Counted from the first letter of the stretch, positions 1 to 13,954 are shown. The stretch is DNA of 64,000 bases from Camelus dromedarius (GCF_036321535.1 NC_087436.1:21578001-21642000); one strand, 5' to 3'. The notes: a model not told the origin generated them from the letters alone. Translations and numbers: made by a program.

Positions 1-2689
1 TTTCCATCATGCCCTTCTCTCTGTGACTTCCCTGAATTCTGTAAGCTCTGTATTTTAAAGATATCAATATTGCAGAAATAGAAGATTCTGCATTTCCTGC
101 TGCTTGGATTGCCTCAGGATCTAACACAGGACCACATAGTTATGCATCTCCTTCTTCAAGTTAGGGATTATTTAAGAATCTTAAATAATCTTTGTTATAC
201 TACACCCCCAGCCCCTACTGCCTGAGAGGTAATAAAACTACCAAATTAAAAGTATCATTAGGTGGAAGAGGAAGGGATAGGAAAGAAGAGGATTGGAAGG
301 CTTTCTATTTATTCTTGGGAAACTGGTGTATTAAAGAAATTACATTCTTCCTTTGACAAACTTATTTGCCACCTTTTTTAAGATGAAGGGGTTTTCTCAG
401 TTTAGATGGTCTCTGGAGACTAATGACAGGGTTCTTTTTAGGTAAGTTAGTAATAATTCCTATCCTCATAACATTTTCAGTCCCATGAAAAATATATGAA
501 GTCATCTTGTCCTTGTATGTTTCCTTTTTGGAATGTTGATAATATATTCAAGGGAACAAACAAGTCATGAAGGTACAGGGGCGTGACATTTAATAATTGG
601 TGACCTTCATCTTGAATGGTCAGCACTTATTACAAACATACAAGGGAAAAAGCCAGAGTAGAGAACCTTAACTCAGGAAAGAGAAATAGTGACTGGTAGC
701 TAATGATGAGTCTTTTACAAAAGGTAACCATCACTGTGATTTTTAATTTAAATATATCTTAACATATTTATAGAATAATTTCTAATTCTTCTGCTGTATT
801 TTGTTTTAAATAAAATTGAAAATCTTCCTTTCTTTGTGTATATTTAAACACTTCTAATTTTATTCTACCTGGTCTCATGTTTAGAACCCTTTGATGTTAA
901 ATATTTTGGTAAGTTAGCTACCTTCTGTTGGATCAACTGTTAGCTACTTACATTATAAAGTTATCATTTTTGCTTTAGTTTAGTTTGTTTAGTTAGCTTT
1001 TTTGCAAAATGTTTTTCATTTTGATTTTGCTTAGTTTGTCCTTTTACTTTCCAATACTCCATATTTTCTCAATTACTGTGATTTTTTCATCTTAATTGAT
1101 CTATCATTGATCTCCTAACATTCTTACTGTCATTCATTATTAAGGTAGTGCCAGAGATGCACCTTGTGCTTTATATAGATTATTGAATACAAATGAATGG
1201 GTTACTGCTTGGGATAGAGCTATCTACCTTAGGGTATGATGTTTTCATAGTACCTGTGGTACCTGAATTGCTATGACGTTCTTAACTAATGGAGGTAAAA
1301 GGCTTTCATGGCAGAGGGCTATTGAGATGAAGTCACAGTACTCACTTCGTGCCGTAGTGATAGGAATGCTGAGTCTAATATTTACTTATTAGAGAGAAGT
1401 GATGTACCTTCTAATCTTTTGAAATTATATGTCAGCATGTATGACAGTCATAGGAAAATACATCTATAACCTTATATATTTCCTCACTGATTAATAGGGT
1501 AATCAAAAGAAAAATCATTATAGCTCAAAACCCCTAGGGCAGCTAGCAGGGACATTATGCTCGATTTGCAGAAAATCTTCCAAGCTTGCTTCTATGTACA
1601 GTAAAATGTTTTACTGAGCAAACTAAATCAATAAAGAGTAAGAAACGTAAAATGAGATAGGATACATATACTTAAAATTCTAAAGATGTTTTTTGACCTA
1701 CAGCACGATTGGACAAAACCTAAATGATCAAAATTTGCATTACTCTTTGTAAGTTGTTTGAAAAAAAATTAACTCAATTTTTAGTTCCAGAATTGAATTA
1801 AGGTATCTATATTTGTGCTGCAGTCTCAGTATTCTCCTAGGAGAGCAAATGAATCACAAAATAAACCCACCCCTTTAAACATAGAGCCAAGCCGTCACCA
1901 AGCACTTGGGCTGCAGTCTTCACCTTCCTTAAGCAGTGGAAGCCCTTGTGATTTTAAATCCAAGATTAAAAAAAAAAATATTTTGGAACTCTTCCTGCTG
2001 TGTGAAGTTTCTTGATTCTTTCTCATTGTCTTTGCCCACTAACCCCATAGATTTTTTTTTTTTCTTTTTACTGTGTCCTTGGGCACGTGCAGAGAAGAAA
2101 CCATTAAATAAAGGTGGTGTCCTTGTTTGGTAATAGAGGCTGGTCTTGCTACCAGCTCGTGTCTGAAAGATCATCGCATTAGCATACTAACCGATGATTT
2201 TTTTTGTTCTGTCTTCAACATAATGGTTTTAAATTTAATATATTCAACTCATAGTCTCATTAGGGGCTGTGAATACGACATGGGTGTTTGTGGAGCATAC
2301 ATTAAACTCTGGTTTAATCATAATATACTGTAATACATGGAGTAAGGAGTTGGGCACGCTAAGAGGTTTCAGGAGCAAGAAAAGAGATGCACAAAACCTT
2401 TAATTTTATTAATTTAGAAAGCATTTTTCTTCTGGCAAATTTTGATTTGTTAGTTTCCTAAATTCTAAGTGAACTCTGCTTGGCAATGGAGAGTTATAGT
2501 GAGTTTAGTCTAACATTCCACTCCTAGCCCATATTCAGCCCCTGTTAAAGTAAGTATTTAAATAATCTCTGCTAAGTTCCTATACAACTTGTTCTTATAG
2601 ACTTTCCAAGTCCTCATAGAGTTTCCTAGCATGAAGACTTGGCAGGGGATTCTGCAAAGATCCATGGCCCTTTCTAAAGAAAACTGCCC

Positions 2690-3300
2690 TGTGCCCAGAC
2701 TCTGCTGATGGAGAGTGCTAGGCAGACAGCTCTCGGCCAGCTCTCCTCTGCTCTCTCCTCTACTCCCACCTGTGGTTTTTCTGCATGTGGTTTAACGCCA
2801 ATATGATTGGGCCTGATGGGCTTCTAACCCAAGGGCAGTAGGCTGGCAGATGACTAAAAGACGGATCCTTGTGGCGAGTTTGGTCCATGTAAAGTTTACC
2901 TGTGCTCATTAGTGCTTGCTGTGGGTGATGTCGGTTAGGAAGGTCAGAGGCAGTTAGCAGAGGGAGACAATGCTAAACCGCTATGGCCACAGTGGAGCCA
3001 AATCATGGGTAAACAGAAGCTATGAGAAGGCAACAGAGATACACAGAGGGTGAAGAGATTGGTGGTAGCAGGAAAAGAAAGAAGGAAATACTCACAGAAG
3101 AGCTGTCACATTAGCGATGGGCCACTAGGGTGAGATCCAGTTCCTGCTGCTCAGCTTCCCAGCAGCCTTCTGCTCTGAACCACCTCCCAGTTTCAGGCTC
3201 CAAGAGGCCAGCTCTACTCCAGTCCTGTTCTTCGTGAAGCCCAACTAGATGGTTTGGCTTTTCCTGGGTACCCCTGAGGCTAGTCGTGGACATAGTTTTT
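2690..3300 (+). mobile_element. Old ERVL-class LTR remnant (LTR16/LTR33-like group)
   Basis: GC-elevated block with tgattgggcc...ctaacccaagggcag and ccagttcctg/ccagtcctg motifs recalled from this LTR group; boundaries approximate. Confidence 0.4.
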
Positions 3301-4039
3301 TTCTTTCTTATCTTACTGGTATGGTCCACTTCACCACTTTCACTTTGTGTACAAAAGAGTTCATATTTATTTTACTTTTCAAATACCGGCTTGAGTATTC
3401 ACGTACCCAAATTATTAGAAAGTCCATTATCTTATTCATGAAGTTTTCTTCTCTTTCATTGTATTGAAAATGACTCGTAACCTTGGTCATACTTCTAAAC
3501 TCTCACGGAGAAAGGAAGTCTTTGTTTTCTGCTGACTTTATTTCTGTCACCGCCACATGTTGCTGCTCAAAATGGAAGGCCTTGCAATTTTCTCTGCATT
3601 CAGTTCACTGATGCGGTGCTGTCACTGCAAATGTACTAGTAACTTTCAGCATAGGGAGGGGGATGTTCTAGAGGTCTCTCCCCATAGTGTTAAGTCTGTC
3701 TGTGGTCACATTAGTATTCTCATTAGTGCAACTATATTAATCAATAAAGTTTTTAATAATAACAATAATCTTTATTAAAAGAGATGCAGTCATGAGCTCA
3801 ATGTTTGTGTTTCCAGGGGTCTCTTTAATCTAACTTCTATGCAATTTTTGCCCATACTTCCTCTATGGAGAACAGCTCTCCACACCAAGGGCTATTAGTA
3901 AGAGTGGCTTTCATTTGGTTATATAAATATAATGCTGCACCCATTCCCCAAGGCTTGGGGTACCCGCTTGTCTTGCATATATGTTACTAGGAAATCCACT
4001 CATTAAAGAAGATATCCTCCTAGTTTATGCAATTATTAA

Positions 4040-5030
4040 AAAGGAAATATGCACACTAGATTCAAAAATTGAAAGATACAAAAGGGTTTATTTTGAAAAA
4101 CAAATTTCTGTCTCATACTGTTCCCTGATTGTTTAGTTCCTTTTTCCAGAGGTGTGTATATTTTATAATGATACTATATACATATACATAGACACATGCT
4201 ACCATCCTACACATATAACTCTATGCTTTGTTCATTTTATAATCACAATTGCATAACAGTATATATAAAGAAATTTCCTTATTCTTTTTAAAGGTGACAT
4301 ATATTCTGTCATATGCAGAGTATGATTTATTTAGTCATACATCTATTAATAAACATTTAGGTTTACCAATCTTTTGCTATTATAATGCTAGAAGATGTGT
4401 CTTTTATATATATCATTTAACACGTGTGTATAGCATATCAATAGGACCAACTTCCAGAAGTGTAATAGTTGGGCCAGAACGTAAGTAGGTAATTACGATT
4501 TGCAATTTTGGATACACATTTCAAAATCCTTCTCCATAGTTGTTGAAGTAATTTACACTCCCACACACTGTATATGAGAGGGCCTGTTTTACATACCTTT
4601 CCTGACCCTGTAGGTTACTAGATTTTTTTAATCTTTATTAACTTTTTGGAGAAAAATGAAATCTAACTATAGTTTTTATTTGTGTTTCTCTTAGTAAGAG
4701 TGCAATTGAACATTTTCCCATATGTTTACAAATCATATTTATTTTTCTGTAAACTCATAGTTTTTGCCTGGTTTTCCATTGAATTTTTGGTGTTTTTGCT
4801 GTTGGATTTTAGGATCTCTTTCTCTCTGTTATCTCTCTCTCACACACACTATAAAGAAATTAATATTTTGTTTGTAATATGAATAACAAATATTCCAATT
4901 TTTAACTGTTTTGGGAGGACACAGTGAGCTGTGTTTTCAGGATAATTATATTTATCAGTCTATATTTTCATGGCTTCTAAATTTCATGTTCTATTTAGAA
5001 AGCCTTTTCCAACCCAGAGACTATGAGACT
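4040..5030 (-). mobile_element. Ancient L1M fragment (3' UTR/ORF2 end), antisense
   Basis: Degenerate antisense L1 motifs (aaacatttaggtt..., aatttacactcccac, tgaacattttcccatatgttta). Confidence 0.65.
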
Positions 5031-5145
5031 AGCATTATGCATCCCACTGCCCATATTTCTGCCAGTATCTGTATAGTAAGCCACCCACTACTTGAGATGA
5101 CTTGAGTGAATCTCTGTTTCTTGTGACCTGAAAAGAATAACTTAA
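5030..5145 (+). mobile_element. 3' end fragment of an ERVL/MaLR-type LTR
   Basis: cttgagtgaatctctgtttcttgtgacctgaaaaga resembles LTR16/LTR33-type termini. Confidence 0.35.
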
Positions 5146-6422
5146 ACTTGTGAGACAGTCAATAGGACAGAAAGAACATTTTAAAGGTGCATTGAACCAT
5201 GATTTCCAGCAATGACATAGTCAGCAGGCAGGTCACCTTAGTGTGCAGGACTCACAGCTGTGGCAGTGTTTTTTTGAGCAAAGATTTGAACTCAGATACT
5301 CACCGAGACAGAGACAGAGTCTCAAATAGTAATAGCCCTGAAACAGGGACTTACTGGTGGGAAAATAGATGAACGTTTGATTTAGGAAATATTAAGCAAA
5401 CATATTTAGAGTATGGACAACAGCAATTCAAACACATTTTTATCTACTTTAAATTTTTAACGTCTCTTTCCATCACATATTTCTGATGTATGTATTGAAT
5501 AAATAATATGTGTAATTTCTATGTACATTAGTTTATTAGGCACCAAGAAGTTTAAAGAATTAGATGCAATAGTCTTTGACCTTCTGGAACTTAGAAGTTT
5601 ACTTGAGAATTGATGAGTCAAGAAAATATGTATGTGTGAAACCAAGAACATATTTGCAAGGATATGTATCAGCTAAAGCACTGCAAATTGTATTTATAGA
5701 TGAGTAGAAGTCAGTGAGTTTTTAAAAGTGGGAAGTAGATTAAAGAGCAAAGATTACTCCTTTTACAAAAACATTTATCATTGTTGAAAGTTTAAACAGA
5801 TGAGCAAAAAAAAAAAAAAAAAAAAAAGGAGAGAGAGAGAGAAAAACATAACAGCACACCGGAGATCCACTTTGAGCATGTAGTGTCTCTTTCTTTCTCT
5901 GACTCAAATTACACATTATATACATTGTTTGGCAACCTTTTTTCATTAACAATAGGCTAGGGACATCTGTCATGTCATTGCATGTTCACCTAAAATATTT
6001 GTGGTGTTCTACTGAAGAGATATGCCATACTTATTTAGCCAATTCCGTGTTGTTGGAATTCTGGGTTAGTTTCTAAATGTTCAAGATTATAAACAATGGT
6101 GCTAAATATTTGTGTTTATCTTTATTTTGTTAGGCTACATTGAGTAAGTGCAACTGATGAGTCAAGTACCCTTTTTGAAAAAGGATTTTTGATATTCATT
6201 TATTCATTCATCCATCCATTCATTCATTCTTTATGCAGACAGATTACTCCGATTACACTCTCACCATGGCCTCATCAATACTTAATATCATCATTTATAA
6301 AAATCTGTATTAATTTGATGTACCAAAATAATGACTCACTGTAATTAGAATTTTCCAAGTTGCTAGTGAGACTAAATATCTTTTCACAAATATCTTTGCC
6401 TTATATATTTTGAGGGAGACAG

Positions 6423-7148
6423 TTTTTTTTTTTTAACATTTTTTATTGAGTAATAGTCATTTCACAATGTTGTGTCAAATTCCAGTGCTGAGCACAATTT
6501 TTCAGTTATATATGAACATATATATATATTCATTGTCACTTTTTTTTTTGCTGTGAGCTACCGTAAGATCTTGTATGTATTTCCCTGTGCTATACAATAT
6601 AATCTTGTTTATCTATTCTACATTTTGAAATCCCAGTCTGTCCCTTCCCACCCCTCACCCCCTTGGCAACCACAAGTTTGTATTCTGTGTCTATGAGTCT
6701 CTTTCTGTTTTGTATTTATATTTTGATTTTTTTTTAGATTCCACATATGAGTGATCCCATATGGTATTTTTCTTTCTCTTTCTGGCTTACTTCACTTAGA
6801 ATGACATTCTCCAGGAGCATCCAAGTTGCTGCAGATGGCGTTATGTTCTCAGTTTTTATAGCTGAATAGTATTCCATCATATAAATATGCCACATCTTCT
6901 TTATCCAGTCATCTGTTGATGGACATTTAGGCTGTTTCCATGTCTTGGCTACTGTAAATAGTGCTGCTATGAACACTGGGGTGCAGGTGTCATTTTGAAG
7001 TAGGGTTCCTTCTGGATATATGCCCAGGAGCAGGATTCCTGGGTCATATGGTAGGTCTATTCCTAGTCTTTTGAGGACTCTCCATACTGTTTTCCACAGT
7101 GGCTGCACCAAACTGCATTCCTACCAGCAGTGTAGGAGGGTTCCCTTT
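6423..7148 (-). mobile_element. Young 5'-truncated camelid L1 with poly(A) and TSD
   Basis: Poly(T) from 6423; L1 3' UTR; ORF2 C-terminus; TSD tttgagggagacagttttt (6409-6427) / tttgagggatacagttttt (7146-7164) with 1 mismatch. Confidence 0.95.
6734..7111 (-). pseudogene. L1 ORF2p C-terminal fragment (125 uninterrupted codons, not an independent gene)
   Basis: Translation VQPLWKTVW...[12 protein letters not shown]...WKQPKCPSTDDWIKKMW...MEYYSAIK matches the canonical L1 ORF2p C-terminus. Confidence 0.93.
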
Positions 7149-7897
7149 GAGGGATACAGTTTTTGAGTCAAGTGTTAGAGGGAAAAGTATAATTGTTTTG
7201 GGGCCACTAAGTGGTTAAGAGTTGTTTCTCAGATCAGTAAGTATTTTAAAGCCAGTCCTAACTTATAATTTTTAGTCATATTGCTTTTCTTCATTGGATA
7301 ATACCTATTTATTGTAATGGAATGGAAAATATAAGAATAGCAAGAAGGAATGTAGTTCTAGAAAATTACAGTGAGAATTATATTTCCAGGACATTGGTGA
7401 CAAAAACAAAGCAACTTGGGTTTCAAATTTTAATCATTTTTACCACCCCTACCTAACCGCACCTCATAGAGACGGAATGCACTTCTGATCATTGGCAAGT
7501 GGAGTGTAGTCCAGGCCGGCACTTCCATAGCCTTCCAGCATGGAAAGAAAGCCCCTTGTTCATGTTCTACATGATAGTCTGAAAGAGAATTCAGGGAGAA
7601 AGCAGGTTGTGTTGAATTCCTGATGTTTATATCCTAAGAGTGAAAACACATCCCTGTTGAGTTTGGGGTTACTCATTTTAGGTGAAAATTTTAAGCTGTC
7701 CATTTCACTTTCAGATGTTTCTGAAAGATGAACCAAAAATACTCCTGGTCACCCCAGTGTATGTATAGGACTCTAGGGACAAGAAGTTGAACCAGGCTAG
7801 AAGGTAGGAAATGGGTAACTGAAGTCACATGTGTCTGCCTGGACATGACCTGAGAAAGCGCTCTTGTCTCCTTTATTTCTTTATGTCTTTCATATTA

Positions 7898-8240
7898 AGA
7901 CTGTCCCTCTTCCCTTTATATGCTGAGTCCCTGATCCCTGTTGTCATGGTATTTGGAGATGGAACATTTGGGAAGTAGTTATGGATAGATGAGATCATGA
8001 GGATGAGACCCTCATGGTGGGATTAGTGCCCTTGCAAGAAGAGACACCAAAGATCTTGCCCTCTCTCTCTTTCATGTAACTCCTCTGAAGTCCAGGAAGA
8101 GCATTCTCACCAGAACCCGACCATGATGGCACTCTGATCTCAGACTTCCCACTGTCAGAAGAGCTGTGAGAAAATAATTTTCTGTTATTTAAGCCACTCA
8201 GTCTTCAGTATTTTGTTATGTCAACCTTACTAGATAATAC
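7898..8240 (+). mobile_element. MaLR solo LTR (MLT1A-like)
   Basis: ggtatttggagatgg, gggattagtgccctt, ctcaccagaacccgaccatg, ctgtgagaaaataa...taagccactcagtc...tattttgttat. Confidence 0.85.
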
Positions 8241-9104
8241 AAGGGCTGACTAGTAGTTAAACAGACTTCCTGGGTTCTGCTCTGGAGTGGACCCGAGTCA
8301 TCTCCTGATACAAATTTATAATTCACCCTGCTAAGGTTGAAGCCTAAACTGGCTTCTCAGTGGACAGTCGATAACCATTGCTTGTTAAAAGGTAGTAATG
8401 AGATAATAGAACTCTTCTGAATATATCTCTTCTGATAGTGAAATTAATACTTCAGATCCTGAAAAGTTTAATGATTATAGGACTTTTGATGTTTATAGCT
8501 TTCAAAAATTAGAGGTTAAAAAGTGTGGACATATTAAGGTACGAAAAACACTGAATAAGAATGGGGGGAGACAATGGAATATAAAATAAATAAGAAATAC
8601 CCATATTTCTCATATTTGAGAAATAATGGCTTTTTTTAAAAGTAAAAATACTCTTGGACTCTTAATGTTGGCTTAATTATTAATAGTATAACACTTAGCT
8701 GAGCACATATATATTTTATTTTTATCAAAATGAAAATTTTAAAGTTTAAACTTCTATTAGAAAATCATTAGATTCATCAAAATGTAATCATTTATTCTCT
8801 GGGATCTGTGGACTCCCATTTGAGAAATACTGATATGAACAGAATGTTTGGATAAACTTCTAACAAGAGTATTTGATATAGAAAAATTAAAAAAAATTCT
8901 TCTTCATAAAAAATGAGTTAGAACCAAGTTCCCCATCCATAGTGCTACTCACTTCCTCAGATGTGCCACCTTAGAAAATTTTTGGCATGTTTTTCCTCCT
9001 CTACCTCTGCCATGCTTCTCCATTTGTCTTTCTTCCTTCCCTCCTGACTATCCTCTGCCTTCTCTCTTTCCTTCCTTTCTACTTTATTTTCTTCCCTTCT
9101 TCCT

Positions 9105-9620
9105 CTCACATACTGTGTGCCAGACAGTATTCCACATGCCCAAAGGAGCTTTTGTATTAATGGAGTGAGTGACAGTAAACCAATGAACAAGTGCATAGAT
9201 AAGGTGTCGGATGCTGATAAACAATCAAGGAATATAAAGCAGGGTAAAGAGGAATAGGTGACACTGGGGGTGTTATTTTATAATTACCCATTCTATATAG
9301 GATGATCTGGGAGAACATCTTGGATAAAGTGGCATTAAACCAGAGATACAACTAAAGAGCGAGCACTGTAGGTAAAACTGGGAGAAGAGTATCCCAAGTG
9401 TAAGTTTAGGTGGGAGAGTATTTGGCATCTTTAAAGTGTCTTTAAAGAACAGAAAGGATTTTAGCATGGCTGGAGCTGAGTGAGTAAGACGGAGAGTGTA
9501 GGGAATGGTCTAAGAGACATCAGAGGGTAATATCACATAGTGCCTCGTAGGTCATTGCAGGGAATTTGGCTTTTACTCTAAAAAAGGTGCAAACTATTTC
9601 AAGGTTTTGCACAGAAATGA
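9105..9620 (-). mobile_element. L2 fragment (3' part), first piece of a long interrupted L2
   Basis: tactgtgtgccagac start and purine-rich antisense L2 motifs (ggctggagctgagtgag, ggaatttggcttttactct). Confidence 0.7.
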
Positions 9621-9621
9621 T

Positions 9622-10103
9622 TGTCTCCATGGGTCCCTCACATTCCTGCACATCTTCAAAGGCATTAACAGATAATTTGCTCTGAATTGTCTTTTTAAGG
9701 ATGTTTGCCTAGCAAGCAGCCTTGGAAGGTAGAGCTGTTTCCTTTCCTGTAGCAGGTTTGTTTATATTGAAGAATAATAAAGGCAAACATAGCTCCCTCT
9801 GGAAAGGAGGATAGGCAGGTTTACAGGAGCCAGGTATATAATATTGAGGCTTCCTGACTCCTATAACACAACCCACTGCATATACTGGCAGTAATACCTG
9901 TGTCCTCATAATATCCTTGGAGAACTGGGGCTTAGGAACTTATGCAACAATGTTGCATTAACTCCTTCTAGTACTGTGGGTAATGCATTGTCTTTTGTCT
10001 CTGATCCAGTAGTCTTGTGTCTCTGTCAGCATCTATAAACTGCAGCAGGCTACTTTATTAGCTTTCTAGTAGGTAAAATCTCAAAACTGTCATAGTTCCT
10101 GTC
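9622..10103 (+). mobile_element. ERVL-class solo LTR (MER76-like) inserted in L2
   Basis: catgggtccctcacattcctgcacatc start, aaggatgtttg...cagccttggaag, and gtaaaatctca...cat agttc-type end; L2 resumes on both sides. Confidence 0.65.
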
Positions 10104-10104
10104 C

Positions 10105-10440
10105 TGTGAGATGATCTGACTTATGTGAAAGCACAATTCTGGCTGATGTGTGGAAAGTCAGGTGCAGAGGACCAACAGTAGAAGCAGGCAGGCTGGTTAG
10201 TAGGCTCTTGCAATAATCTTGGAGAGAAATAATGGTGGCTTGGACCAGAGGATAGAAGTAGTGATGTATATTGAATGTTAAACAAGGATTCAGTAATGAA
10301 TTGGATGAAGCATGTGAAAGAAAGGGAAATGCCAAGGATGATTCTAAAATTCTTGCTCAGAGCAATAGGAGGAATGGATGGGAAACTGAAGAAATCTTGG
10401 GGTAGATGTGGAAGAGAACTAAAAAATGTATTTTGGTCAT
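10105..10440 (-). mobile_element. L2 fragment (continuation)
   Basis: gatgatctgacttatg...tctggctgatgtgtgga...ggtggcttggaccagagg...tcaaggatga-type antisense L2 motifs. Confidence 0.7.
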
Positions 10441-10446
10441 ATTCAG

Positions 10447-13400
10447 TTTATTTTATTTTAAACTTTTTTGTTACCCCTGGCTTTATTGAGATATAATTGA
10501 CATAAAGCATTATATAAGTTTAAAGTATAAATATGATGATTTAATATACCTAATATTGTGAAATGATTACCACAATAAGGGTACTTAACATCCATCAACT
10601 CGTATGACTATAATTATTTAATTTGGTGAGAACACTTAAGATCTACACTCAGAGCAACTTTCATTGGTCAAGTATATAATACAGTATTGTTAACTAGAGT
10701 CACCATATTGTATATTACCCCCAGATTTATCCCCAGAACTTACTCATCTTGTAGCTAGAAGTTCACTTTGACATCATCTCCCATTTTGACCAACCCCTAG
10801 TCCTTGGCAACCACCATTCTACTCTCTATTTCTATGAGTTCCCATTTTCCTCTTTGTTTCTATGAGTTCCTTTTTAAAATTTTTTAGATTTCCTATATAT
10901 GTGAGAGCATATGGTGTTTGCTTTTCTCTGCCTGACTTATTTCCCTTAGAATAATACCCTCTAGATCTATCCATGCTGTTGCAAATGTCAAAATCTCTCT
11001 TTTTTATGGCTAAGTAATATTCCATTGTGTGTGTATATACACCACATCTTCTTTATCCATTCATTTGTTGATAGACCCTTAAGGTGTTCTCGTATCTTGA
11101 CTATTGTAAATAATGTTGCAGTAAATATGGGAGTGCAGACATCTCTTCAAGATAATGATATCTTTTCCTTTGGATATGTACTCAGAAGTGGATTGCTGGA
11201 TCATACTGTGATTCTATTTTTAAGTTTTTGAAGAACCTCCATAATGTTTTCGATAGTGGTTGCATGAATTTAAATTCCCACTAACAAAGCACAAGGGTTC
11301 CTTTTTTCCTGCATCCTCACCAGCGTTTGTTATCACTTGTTTTTTTTTGATAACAGCTATTCTAACAGATGTGGAGTGATGTCTCATTGTGGTTTTGATT
11401 TGCATTTCCCTCATCACTAGTGATGCTGGGTATCTTTTCAGGTACCTGTTAGTTATTTGCATGTCTTCTTTGAAAAAATGTCTATTAATATCCTTTGTTC
11501 ATTTCAAATTGGATTACTAGGGTTTTGTTTTTTGTTTTGTTTTTTTTTTTTTTTTTGGCTACTGAGTTGTAGAAATTTCTTATATATTTTGGATATTAAC
11601 TCCTTATCTACTATATGGTTTGCAAATATTTTCTCTTATTCCATAAATTGCCTCTTCATTTTGTTTATTGTTTCTTCTGCTGTGCAGAAACTTTTTAGTT
11701 TGATGTAGTCCCATTTGTGGTTTTTGCTTTTGATGCTTATGTTTTTGATGTCATATCCAAAAATTATTGCCAAGACAAATATTAAGGAGCTTTTTTGTTA
11801 TGTCTTATTCTAGGAGTTCTATGATTTCAGGTCTTACATTTAAGTCTTTTATCTATTTCAAGTTAAATTTTGTGAGTGGTGTAAGTTAGGGGTCCCATTT
11901 CATTCTTTTTCATGTGAGTATCTAATTTTCCCATTGCCATTTATTGAAAAGACTGTTCCTTCCCCACTAAGCATTATTGGCTCCCTTGTTAAATATTAGT
12001 TGACCAAGTATGCATGGGTTTATTCTGAGATCTCTACTCTATTCCATTGATCTATGTCTCTGTTTTTATGCCAGTGCCATACTGATTTATTTCCTATAGC
12101 TTTGCGATATAGTTTGAAATCAGAACATGTGAAGCCTGCAGTTTCATTTTCTTTCTGAGGATTTCTTTGGCTATTTGAGTTTTTTTGTGGTTCTATACAA
12201 ATTTTAGGGTAGTTTTTGCCATTTCTGTGAAAATGCTACTCAAATTTTGATAAGGATTGAATTGTAAGTATAGATGACTTTGGATAGTGTGGACATTTTT
12301 AACAAAATTAATCCTTTCTATGAACAGGGAATATCTTTACATTTATTTATGTCTTCTTTGATTGCTTTCATCAATAGCTTTCATTATGCAGATCTTTCAC
12401 ATTCTTGATTAAATTTATTCCTAGGTACTTTATTGTTTGATGCTACTGTGAATGAATTTATTTTTTTTTCTTTTTTCATATATTTTGTTGTTAGTGTATA
12501 GAAGTACAACTGATTTCTCTATGTTGACTTTGTATCCTGCAACTTTACTGAATTTATTAGTTCTAAATTTTTTTTTGCTGGGGTCTTTAGGATTTTCTGT
12601 ATGTAAAATCATATTATCTGCAAACAAAGATGATTTCACTTCTTCCTTTCCAGTTGGATGCCTTTTATTTCTTTATCTCGCCTGATTGCTCTGGCTAGGA
12701 CTTCCAGTACTATGTTGGATAAGAGTGGTGAGAGGCAGCAACCTCATCTTGCTCCTCATCTTAGAGGTAAGGCTTTGAACCTTTCACTGTTGCATGTGAT
12801 GTTAGCTGTGGGGTTGTCCTACATGGCCTTTATTATGTTGGCATAAATTCTTTCTATACCCAATTTATTGAGAGTTTTTATCATGAAAGAATGTTGAATC
12901 ATCCTTGCATTCTAGGGATAACTCCTGCTTGATCATGGTTTATGATCCTTTAAATGTGCTGTTGAATTCAGTCTATAGTTTTCTTTTCTTGTAGTGCTCT
13001 TAATTGGTGTAACAGGGTAATTCTGGCCTGGTAAAATGAATTTGAGAGTGTTCCTTCCTCTTCAATTTTTTGGAAGAGTTTGATAAGAATTGGCATTAAT
13101 TCTTATTTAAATGTTAGGTAGAATTCACCAGTGAAACCATTAGTTCTGGGCTTTTCTTTGTTGGGAGGTTTTTGATTACTGATTCAATCTCCTTACTAGT
13201 TATAGGGCTGTTCAAATTTAAACTTATTTATGATTCAGTCTGATAAATTTTATGTTTCTACGAATTTATTTATTTCTTCTAGGTTTACAATTTTTTTGGC
13301 ACATAATTGTTCATAGTAGCTTCTATGATCATTTGTATTTGTGTGATATCCATTATAATGACTCCTCTTTCTTTATAGTTTTATTTGAGTCCTCTCTCTT

Positions 13401-13733
13401 TTTTTTTCTTGGTTAGTCTAGCTAAAAGTTTGTCAACTTTATCTTTTTAAAAACTCAACTCTTTGTTTCATTGATTTTTTTCCTGTTGTCTTTCTCATCT
13501 GTATTTCATTTATTTCTGCTGTAATATTTATTATTCCCTTTCTTCTGCTAACTTTGAGCTTAGCTTGTTCATCTGTTTTTAGTTCCTTAAGGTGAAAAGT
13601 TAGGTTGTTTATTTAAGATTTTTCTTTTCTGTTAATGTAGGCATAAATCACTATAAATTTCCCTCTTAGAAGCATTTTTGCTGCATCTCATAAATTTTGG
13701 TATGTTTTATTTCCATTTTTGTTTGTCTTAAGA
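10447..13733 (-). mobile_element. L1 (L1MA-like), ~3.3 kb, 3' UTR plus decayed ORF2 with internal deletions
   Basis: Minus-strand ORF fragments [21 protein letters not shown] and SLFADNMILHTENPKD (RT FADD motif); T-rich tail near 10447-10490. Confidence 0.93.
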
Positions 13734-13735
13734 TA

Positions 13736-13952
13736 CAGTCAGCCCTTTGGATCTGCAGGTTCTACATTCATGGATTCAACCAACTATAGATCAAAAGTAT
13801 TTTTAAAAATTCCAAAAAATTCCAAACAGCAAAACTTGAACTTGCTGTGTGCCAGCAACTATTTACATAGCATTTATATTGCATTAGGTATTATAAATGA
13901 TCCAGAGATGATTTAAAGTATATGGGAAGATGTGTATAGGTTATATGAAAAT
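13736..13952. mobile_element. TcMar-Tigger fragment (Tigger3/MER7-like)
   Basis: ta|cagtcagccct...ggattcaaccaac...aactatttacatagcattta...gagatgatttaaagtata; only one terminus present. Confidence 0.8.
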
Positions 13953-13954
13953 AA

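Noticed and set aside
10819..12846. ORFs with RT and ORF2 motifs as active genes
   Set aside because: Fragments of a frameshifted, deleted, 5'-truncated L1.
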